From NCBI GenBank assembly GCA_016185705.1, contig JACPMZ010000007.1, positions 107,157 through 171,156 on the forward strand: a stretch of DNA of 64,000 nucleotides, in the 5' to 3' direction. Source of the stretch: Candidatus Woesearchaeota archaeon (GTDB lineage Archaea > Nanobdellota > Nanobdellia > Woesearchaeales > UBA10216). The notes beneath the pieces were generated by a model. That model worked only from the letters and a program-made list of their open reading frames with translations. It did no database searches and was not told the origin of the DNA. Position numbers and translations under genes: made by a program. Below are positions 57,344 to 64,000 of the stretch, piece by piece. The stretch's first letter is position 1, and each line of letters starts with the position of its first letter.

Positions 57344-58153
57344 TCACAAATCATCAAGCGGGCTCTTGACTTTTTTCAGCTCTTCCGTCGAGACTCTGGT
57401 GTAAATTTGCGTGGTTTGGAGGTTGGCGTGGCCCAGCAGCTCCTGTATTTTGCGGATGTCGGTGCCTGATTCAAGAAGGTGCGTGGCAAAGCTATGGCGC
57501 AGCGTGTGCGGGCTTACCTTTTTCCTTATGCCTGCTTTCAGAGCTGCCCTGGCAACTATTTTCTGCACGTTCCTTGCTGTCATCGGCTGCCCTTTTTTGT
57601 TCGTCAAAAGCAGCCGGTTTTCACTCATATCAGGCATGTAATCCTTAATAGCTGAAATAAGCCCGTCTGAGAGTATTATCAGCCGGTCCTTGTTGCCCTT
57701 GCCTTTCCTCACCCAGCCAATCTTTTCGCTCAATTCAAGGTCATTTAAGCGCAGATTAAGGCATTCTGAGAGCCGAAGCCCGGATGAGTACAAAAGCTTG
57801 ATAATAAGCCTGGATTTGGCGCTTTTAGCGTGTTCTATGAGCCTCCTGACCTCTACCTTTGTTAATACTGCCGGAAGGCGCTTATCGACTTTTGGGGTCT
57901 TCAGGTTGACTATATTTTTCTTAAGCAATCCGTCGTAGAAGAATTTCAATGCAGCTTTCACAAGCGCCACTGATCTGGCAGACAGCTTCCTGTCACCAAT
58001 AAGGTAGCCCAGATAGTACTTTATGTCTTCCTCGACGACAAACTGGGGCTCTTTTTTGATGAATTGGAGAAACTTTTTGTTGTGCAATACGTATGCCATA
58101 ACTGTCCTTTCGCTGAAGCCGCGAAGCTTAAGCTCTGAAACAAGCTCATCCAT
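57344..58153 (-). CDS. xerA: Tyrosine recombinase XerA/XerD-like
   Basis: R..HTLRHSFATHLLESGTDIRKIQELLGHANLQTTQIYTRV with catalytic Tyr. Confidence 0.9.
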   Translation of the reverse strand: MDELVSELKLRGFSERTVMAYVLHNKKFLQFIKKEPQFVVEEDIKYYLGYLIGDRKLSARSVALVKAALKFFYDGLLKKNIVNLKTPKVDKRLPAVLTKVEVRRLIEHAKSAKSRLIIKLLYSSGLRLSECLNLRLNDLELSEKIGWVRKGKGNKDRLIILSDGLISAIKDYMPDMSENRLLLTNKKGQPMTARNVQKIVARAALKAGIRKKVSPHTLRHSFATHLLESGTDIRKIQELLGHANLQTTQIYTRVSTEELKKVKSPLDDL

Positions 58154-58238
58154 GAAACTTATGCGAACCTTTCACTATTTAATTGTTTTCAAAGAAGAAG
58201 AAAGAAGAAGAAAAAGGAAGCAAAAGCTTCCCACAAAA

Positions 58239-58457
58239 TTACTTCATAAACTTGCCCTTAAGCACCCACAAAGCGCTCAAGCCAACCAGCACATATACAA
58301 CGTTTGCGACTGCCCCGTCGGCAAAACTGCCGAGGGCAATGTCAACAACGTTCAGGTTGGGGCCTATAAAGTTGCCAACGCCAGCCAGACCCCAGTTAAG
58401 GGCTCCAATCAGCACCAGCCAGTCAGCAACCTGGTTTATTTGTTCTGTACCTGCCAT
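58239..58457 (-). CDS. DUF378-family small membrane protein
   Basis: VLIGALNWGLAGVG ... VVYVLVGLSAL. Confidence 0.6.
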   Translation of the reverse strand: MAGTEQINQVADWLVLIGALNWGLAGVGNFIGPNLNVVDIALGSFADGAVANVVYVLVGLSALWVLKGKFMK

Positions 58458-58555
58458 TAAAATACACCTCTTGCATAGTTTTTATGCGCTTATGGAAGAA
58501 CTAGTATTTAAAACTAACGGTTTTTTCAGAGGAGAGCGGGAGGCTTTCATAAGCC

Positions 58556-59161
58556 CTATGTTTCACGTAGCTCCATATACTCGGCAGCAATTTCAGAATG
58601 CATGCTTATAGGCACCAATGTTCCTTCATTAAGTCTTTCAGTCACCTCACCCATTGTTAGACAGGTGCATTGTATTCGCTGCTCTACCCGGATCCCCATC
58701 TCTATACCACCACCCCGCTTTTTTTTAACCTCAAAGTTAAATGAAGCATACGAAATGTCTTTATATTCGGTTGGTATCGGGACATCTACTATTGTTAAAT
58801 GATCCTTGTAACCATCCCTTGCTAGTTGTGTGGGTAGCCAAGGATTTCCATCAAGGAGTCTAGCTGCCACTGAATCTGCCTTAGTTACTTTTTTTACCTT
58901 CTCTGGCGTAAGCACAGCTCCTTCCAAAGTTTCAATAATAATCCTGCCCCCATCATTAGCAACTATTTTAAATTCGTTGGGAGTGTAACTTCCTTCAACA
59001 ACTGCAACTGCTGATACTCGGAAAGCATTACGGTCGTACACTTGCGCAAGGAGCGCACCAGGCACTATGCCTGGAGATTCTTTATCCCTGTTTTCCTCAA
59101 GGAATTGTTTTATTGCGTTTTCAATTTCCATTTTCTCACACAATTTGAGGTTACTGGGCAT
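58556..59161 (-). CDS. Hypothetical protein (201 aa)
   Basis: Long ORF, no recognisable motifs. Confidence 0.4.
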   Translation of the reverse strand: MPSNLKLCEKMEIENAIKQFLEENRDKESPGIVPGALLAQVYDRNAFRVSAVAVVEGSYTPNEFKIVANDGGRIIIETLEGAVLTPEKVKKVTKADSVAARLLDGNPWLPTQLARDGYKDHLTIVDVPIPTEYKDISYASFNFEVKKKRGGGIEMGIRVEQRIQCTCLTMGEVTERLNEGTLVPISMHSEIAAEYMELRET

Positions 59162-59258
59162 TATATAAGCTTTTTGTTTCTTCTGAGTAGTGACCTGCTG
59201 GAGTGCACAAAGCTTTTAAAACACCTCCAAACCGCTACTGACTAAATCCTGGTTGTAG

Positions 59259-59708
59259 ATGATGAAAATGCAAAAATTTGAAGAAATAGTGGCGAGCATT
59301 GAGAATACTCTGGCAAAGGCCGGTGTGCAGATGCGTCTGGTTAACGGCCCATACATATCAGACAGCGGTCGCGAAGTCAATTTAGTGCATGGCGGCGAGG
59401 TGGGTGGCGGATTAATAAAGGTTATCCAGGGCCTTAGCCCGGTAATATCTTATGTGCCCTGGCTAACCTTTCAGGAAATGCAGCTGGACAAAATCTATCC
59501 GCTGTCAAGGCTTCCTGAGGATGCCGGACTCCCCAACATATTTACGCCGCGTGAAGAATTTTACCCCGGACTGACTGTAACATTCACCATGCCTGATGGC
59601 AGAGAAGCAGATTTTGACGTTTCCCCTGATGGAATAACACAAAGCTGCTCTAACTTCAGCGATAATTATCAGGAAGCCTTACGCCAGATTCTGAAGTTAC
59701 AACTGTAA
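59259..59708 (+). CDS. Hypothetical protein (149 aa)
   Basis: Long ORF, no recognisable motifs. Confidence 0.4.
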   Translation: MMKMQKFEEIVASIENTLAKAGVQMRLVNGPYISDSGREVNLVHGGEVGGGLIKVIQGLSPVISYVPWLTFQEMQLDKIYPLSRLPEDAGLPNIFTPREEFYPGLTVTFTMPDGREADFDVSPDGITQSCSNFSDNYQEALRQILKLQL

Positions 59709-59783
59709 CTGCGCTTTGCCGATTCTCCTTGCCTATAAGACGGTCAAACAGGGAGTTTATAAGATTAAAATGGTGATGGTGAA

Positions 59784-60116
59784 ATGATACGAGACAAGTG
59801 TGATGAGTGTGGCGGCAAGCTGGTTGATAGGCAGGTTGACTTCGGCATGTTCGGCGTTAGCTTGGGCAAGTTCCCTGCTGAGGTGTGCACCAAATGCGGC
59901 GAGGAAGTCTTCACAGAGGAAACCTCTGCCAAGATTGACGGAGCAGCTAAGGAAAAGGGCTTGTACGGACTTGCAGCGTCTACTACTGTTGGCAAGTCAG
60001 GCGACTCCCTCGATATCCGCATCAGCAAGAAGGTTGCCGAGTTTGTCAACCTCCAGAAAGGCCAGACTGTTATGGTGCATCCTGAAGGCAAGAACAGGAT
60101 AGTTATCACGTTTTAG
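59784..60116 (+). CDS. Zinc-ribbon + AbrB/SpoVT-like domain protein (antitoxin-like)
   Basis: CDECGG...CTKCGEEVF then ISKKVAEFVNLQKGQTVMVHPEGKNRIVI. Confidence 0.5.
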   Translation: MIRDKCDECGGKLVDRQVDFGMFGVSLGKFPAEVCTKCGEEVFTEETSAKIDGAAKEKGLYGLAASTTVGKSGDSLDIRISKKVAEFVNLQKGQTVMVHPEGKNRIVITF

Positions 60117-60124
60117 CTAGGTCC

Positions 60125-60200
60125 CCCCGCCCGGAAAGGGGAAAAAGAGGGGTTCCTGGCGGGTTTTGCGGCAGCGATATGTTTTTATAGTAGCTAACCT
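60125..60200. promoter_or_regulatory. Repeated promoter/operator module 1 (GGAAAGGGGAAAAAGAGGG ... GGCAGCGATATGTTTTTATAGTAG, TATA about 25 nt before ATG)
   Basis: Near-identical modules at 60655-60733 and 61193-61255. Confidence 0.45.
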
Positions 60201-60211
60201 TTAAACAGGAT

Positions 60212-60391
60212 ATGACTGTCACTATAACTATCAACAAGGAAGCAATTGCTGACCTTGTAAAGCTGAAAGACGAGTTTAATTCTGTAGTTGAATCCCTTGA
60301 ACTTATGGCTGACAAGGAATTTATCGACTCCTACCAAAGGTCAAAGGAGCAGATAAAAAAGAGGGAGTTTGTCGATTGGAATGCCCTATAA
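60212..60391 (+). CDS. Small antitoxin (59 aa) of RelE cassette 1
   Basis: Leaderless-type ATG after TATA; stop overlaps toxin start. Confidence 0.5.
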   Translation: MTVTITINKEAIADLVKLKDEFNSVVESLELMADKEFIDSYQRSKEQIKKREFVDWNAL

Positions 60392-60629
60392 GATTCTGCC
60401 GACTAAAGAGTTCTCTAAGGACTTTGGTAAGCTTGATGCGCACCTTCAGGATAGAATAAAGAGGAAAATTGAGGAGGTTGCGGAAGACCCGACAAGATAC
60501 AAGCATCTTCATTACGACCTTGCCGGCAGCTGCCGCCTGTGGATAGGCAAGCTCAGAATCATCTTTTCCTACAACGCAAGCAAACAGGAGCTGTATCTTG
60601 AAAAGGTAGTAGTCGGGCACGAGTATTAA
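60381..60629 (+). CDS. relE: RelE/ParE-family toxin, cassette 1
   Basis: MPYKILPTKEFSKDF...CRLWIGKLRIIFSYNASKQELYLEKVVVGHEY. Confidence 0.7.
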   Translation: MPYKILPTKEFSKDFGKLDAHLQDRIKRKIEEVAEDPTRYKHLHYDLAGSCRLWIGKLRIIFSYNASKQELYLEKVVVGHEY

Positions 60630-60734
60630 GCGAAAGTTGATTTCTACGTGTTCCAGCCGGCTCCGGAAGGGGAAAAGAGGGAATTCACGACGGCAGCGAT
60701 AGGTTTTTATAGTAGGACGCGTTTAAATACGTGT

Positions 60735-60929
60735 ATGGAAGCACTAACGTTAGAGCGGGTGTATGAGGACGTCAAGGAAATAAAGCAGCAGCTTAAGAGG
60801 TTAAACCTAATGCTTGAAGAAGACTTTGAACTAAGCGAGCACGCTAAAAAGGAGCTGGCAGAGTCCAGAAAAATGCCGCGGGCAGAATACGTCAGCCAAA
60901 AAGAGATGGAAAAAGAGTTCTTAAGATGA
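60735..60929 (+). CDS. Antitoxin (64 aa) of RelE cassette 2
   Basis: Start at internal Met after TATA module; helical; stop overlaps toxin start. Confidence 0.55.
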   Translation: MEALTLERVYEDVKEIKQQLKRLNLMLEEDFELSEHAKKELAESRKMPRAEYVSQKEMEKEFLR

Positions 60930-61186
60930 CTTACTCTGTTGAGTGGCATCCTAAAGTCAGAAAGTTCCTGCGCAAATTGCCAGAAGAAATGTCAGCCAGG
61001 ATTGTGCTTAAAGTAAAGGAATCCGCAGGAGACCCTTTCCGCTACCTTGAGCATTATGAAGGCAAAGACCACTACAAGCTCAGGGTTGGCGACTACAGAC
61101 TGCTGATTGATGTTGATTTTAAAAACAAAGTTCTGCTGGTGCAGGTAGCTGGCCACAGGGGAAACATCTACAAACATCCTCAATAA
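60926..61186 (+). CDS. relE: RelE/ParE-family toxin, cassette 2
   Basis: MTYSVEWHPKVRKFLRKLP...DYRLLIDVDFKNKVLLVQVAGHRGNIY. Confidence 0.7.
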   Translation: MTYSVEWHPKVRKFLRKLPEEMSARIVLKVKESAGDPFRYLEHYEGKDHYKLRVGDYRLLIDVDFKNKVLLVQVAGHRGNIYKHPQ

Positions 61187-62035
61187 TGGCCTGCTCAGCG
61201 GCTCCGAAATGGGAAAAGAGGGCAAAAGAAAGCGGTTTATGGGTTTTATGCGCAAGCGATCAAACGAATTAGTTTATGACTTAGGCAGCTTTGGCGCCTC
61301 TCCAGGTTTAGAGAATTGACCTGTGCGCAAGTCGAGTATAACGCCATCGGGTGCTCGAATTATACCTTCGAGTCCTGCTCTTATTATGGCAGCATTGTTG
61401 AAGTGGAAACTTACTTCCCCGCCAAGGGCTGATAATCGCTCAACTTCATTACGTATCCAATCTCGGATACCTTCCAGGCTTGTGAAAGGACCAGTTCCTA
61501 CATACTCGCCCTTTAAAGACGGTGCCTCACTACCTTGAACCCCTACTGAGATAAGGTAAGACTTAGGACCTGTTTGAAAAATCTCTCCTGTGTAGGTTGT
61601 ACCCCTAATAGGCGGGGTGGGTACTGTTTGTCAGGCATAATCGAAGGTAATTCAAGCATAGCCGAAGGTAATTTACCTACGCTTATAAAGTTATCGCTAC
61701 AATCAAACTGCGAGGGGCAAAATACGTATAATACTTCTTATAAGAACCTTTTTGGCTGTTTTCTGGAAAAACCTTCGAAAATGGCGGATTTCTTGCCGGG
61801 ATGCAGGGGCCAGCGGCCAAATATTATCCACAAAACAACCAACAAACCTGCCACGATTACTATTCCCGCTTTAATTGATTTTGGTAGTGACTCTAACGCT
61901 GACATAATTCGATAGAAAGTGTCAAAATTACTTAAACCTTTCGCTCAGAAAAATGGCTGGTTTGGGGTTTTTGGATAGTTTGCAGCTGCGCAGCCAAGCA
62001 AAAACATCAAATCTGCAGGGCATCACCAGCCTAAT

Positions 62036-62539
62036 TTAGAAGCCGAGGTCGTTGAGTGAAGTACCATGAGGCACTGCCCTTCTCGGAAGGATGCTCATGG
62101 GCAGTTTAAGCTGCTCATTTCCTGCAATTCTCTTGAAAATAATGAAACGCAGAGTTTGGTAACCTGCAGCGGCAGAAAACACACCCCTTTTTTCGGGCGT
62201 GCTTGTGATAAGATATTCCCGCAAAATGGCGTTTCCTCCTAAAGCGCCATCTACAGCCCTGGTTAAATTGAATACATGTTCTTGTCCTTTATAATCATCA
62301 TCTTTAGGTTTTCCCAGAAGCTGCCGGGCATATGTGTCAGATCCCTGGGCATGGTGTGCCATAAGCAGGAAAACAGACTCAAGGGTGGCTGTTTTACGGG
62401 ATAGCACGCCAGTTTTTACCAACCGGTTCAGCAGTTGTTTAACGAACTCCTCAACGCCCGGCTGCTCGTAAATCAGTTCTCCTCTGTGAAGGAATTTCTG
62501 CTCGTCTGAAAGCTGTCTGAGCCATTCGTCAAGAGCCAT
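62036..62539 (-). CDS. Hypothetical protein (167 aa)
   Basis: Long ORF; family not recognised. Confidence 0.4.
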   Translation of the reverse strand: MALDEWLRQLSDEQKFLHRGELIYEQPGVEEFVKQLLNRLVKTGVLSRKTATLESVFLLMAHHAQGSDTYARQLLGKPKDDDYKGQEHVFNLTRAVDGALGGNAILREYLITSTPEKRGVFSAAAGYQTLRFIIFKRIAGNEQLKLPMSILPRRAVPHGTSLNDLGF

Positions 62540-62685
62540 GCAAAGCAGGAACTTCAGTCAATATTTAAGTTTTTTTGTCCTCGGACTGCCGTAGAAAATC
62601 TCCTTCGCCAACCCATTCTCGCACGGCTCTCCTGCTTATTGAATGGTGACACAAAATAAGCCGGGAAAAAGAGCATTAATTTTTA

Positions 62686-63150
62686 CTACACAGCCAGCCG
62701 GCTGAATTCTTTGCGCGCCTTGACTGTAAGGAGCATGCTTCCGCTCTCCGGCAGCTTCTTATGCCTGAACCTCGGAGGATGGGGCAGCGTTTTCCGACGG
62801 AGAATAAAAGTCAGGGCAGCCAAAAAAGGCGGATACACTGCATGAATCAGCAGATTGAAAGTCCTGCCGATGAAGGAGGAGTAGCTTTGCCTCGTGATTT
62901 CTGCGGCTGCTGCGCTGCCCCAATAAACTTTTTTATCGGTAAAAAGCATCAATGCAAAGCCGTAATCCTCTCCGAACTGGGCTGCCATCAGTTTCTTAGC
63001 TGCTTTCGTGCTGTAGCCGATGCCTTTAAGCCTGCCCCACGTCCCGAAAGCCGTGCAAGCGCTGCACTTGTCGTCGTAAACAACAATTCCTGCCATAAAG
63101 CGGCATAAAGCTGCGCCAGATAAAAACTTAACTGAAAAAGCCAGGTGCAT
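62686..63150 (-). CDS. DCC1-like thiol-disulfide oxidoreductase family (DUF393) protein
   Basis: IVVYDDKCSACTAF CxxC motif near N-terminus. Confidence 0.6.
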   Translation of the reverse strand: MHLAFSVKFLSGAALCRFMAGIVVYDDKCSACTAFGTWGRLKGIGYSTKAAKKLMAAQFGEDYGFALMLFTDKKVYWGSAAAAEITRQSYSSFIGRTFNLLIHAVYPPFLAALTFILRRKTLPHPPRFRHKKLPESGSMLLTVKARKEFSRLAV

Positions 63151-63429
63151 GCAGCAGCCGCTGATTTGGACAGGGCCGGACTCATATCATAATATTTAAT
63201 TATATCTTAAAATATTTAATAAAAATAACTATTATAACTTTTAGTTATTTACTATACTTTTTAGTAATATCAAAGTGCAGATTTTTTACGGTTTTTAATG
63301 ATTCAATGACCGAAAAATCCCAATTTTTCCAAAAAACATTTTAGGCACCATGCGAGAAAGTGAGACCTTTCCGGTTTTATAAATACAAAACAGAAATATT
63401 TAAATATTTACTGTTTCTACATACTATCT

Positions 63430-63675
63430 ATGGCTACAATAACCGTCAACGTGGATGATGAAGTGTATGAGCGCTTCAGAAGGATTGCCGCTAAGGAAAG
63501 AAATGGAAAAAAGGGATTTCTTGGCGACGCAATAACTGATAATATGAAAAAATACGTTAGGGAAAAGGAGCAGGACTCTATTAAGAAACGGCTGCTTTAT
63601 CGAATAAGGAAAGGATACAAGTTAGGCGTTTGGAAAGGCGGGTTCGATCGTGATGCGCTCTATGACAGGCACTAA
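63430..63675 (+). CDS. Ribbon-helix-helix antitoxin (VapB/CopG-like)
   Basis: MATITVNVDDEVYERFRRIAAKE N-terminal strand-helix pattern; followed by PIN gene. Confidence 0.55.
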   Translation: MATITVNVDDEVYERFRRIAAKERNGKKGFLGDAITDNMKKYVREKEQDSIKKRLLYRIRKGYKLGVWKGGFDRDALYDRH

Positions 63676-64000
63676 TCTTTGCATGCTTGACTCAAACGTG
63701 TTGGTGTATGCCTTTGAGGCTGCAGAGAGTCTTAAGCATCAATCGGCATCGGAACTGCTTGAGAATATTGTGGAAGGAAAAGTTAAGGCGGCGTTGTCAA
63801 CGCAGATACTCTCGGAATTCTTCGTGAATGTAACTGCAGAGAAAAAACACAGCGTAGTCGCTACGCCGCTTTCAGTTGAGGAGGCAGGGGAAATTATCAG
63901 CGAGTTGACATCGCTACCAGAGCTTGAAATATTCGGAATTAAGGTCAATAATGTCCTTGACGCGCTGGAAATTAAAAAATCGTCAAAAGCAAGCTACTGG
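63662..64000 (+). CDS. vapC: PIN-domain VapC toxin, 3' end outside window (start may be internal Met at 63683)
   Basis: MLDSNVLVYAFE... PIN N-terminal motif; open to window edge. Confidence 0.6.
   Translation, partial: MTGTNLCMLDSNVLVYAFEAAESLKHQSASELLENIVEGKVKAALSTQILSEFFVNVTAEKKHSVVATPLSVEEAGEIISELTSLPELEIFGIKVNNVLDALEIKKSSKASYW

Noticed and set aside
61250-61560. Minus-strand open frame (about 78 codons, ...VSFHFNNAAIIRAGLEGIIRAPDGVILDLRTGQFSKPGEAPKLPKS) with no ATG/GTG start
   Set aside because: It has no start codon. It is probably a pseudogene fragment downstream of a decayed TA module, and it is mentioned only in that context.
1-64000. CRISPR arrays or rRNA genes
   Set aside because: No regularly spaced direct repeats with unique spacers are present. 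No rRNA-like conserved segments were seen. The repeated elements found are palindromic MITE-like units and not CRISPR repeats.

Overview
The window is an archaeal chromosomal segment of roughly 48% GC. Archaeal markers include proteasome beta subunit, aCPSF1-type beta-CASP RNase, RpoF, ribosomal proteins L21e and L35Ae, Kae1, XerA, an A24 prepilin peptidase, a pilin-like protein with a class III signal peptide, and the archaeal isoprenoid genes uppS and GGPP synthase. Three tRNAs carry 11-12 nt insertions, which suggests an uncultivated, possibly DPANN-like lineage. Housekeeping genes (ileS, thrS, a dys-speH-speB hypusine/polyamine cluster, rpe, kae1, ogg, dnaJ 3' end) are interleaved with accessory material. 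The accessory material includes a convergent type II R-M pair (N4C-type methyltransferase plus MvaI/BcnI-like endonuclease) on a low-GC island, and a second low-GC island carrying an HNH nuclease. At least eight toxin-antitoxin loci are present, including a tandem RelE cassette array with duplicated promoter modules. Two families of MITE-like elements (one with perfect 13-bp terminal inverted repeats) are accompanied by about 14 related intergenic GC-stem hairpins. A candidate structured ncRNA with RNase P-like motifs and a tRNA-like element with an ~86-nt T-arm insertion are also present. Several protein families lack functional precedent. These are tandem DUF2156 (MprF C-terminal-like) paralogs abutting ileS, a 668-aa tandem nucleotidyltransferase plus HEPN-like fusion, a tandem paralog pair, two HIT-like proteins lacking the nucleophilic histidine, a tiny tandem-repeat basic protein, and a Cys-pair repeat lipoprotein. 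No rRNA genes or CRISPR arrays were seen. All domain and family names are from memory and need database confirmation.
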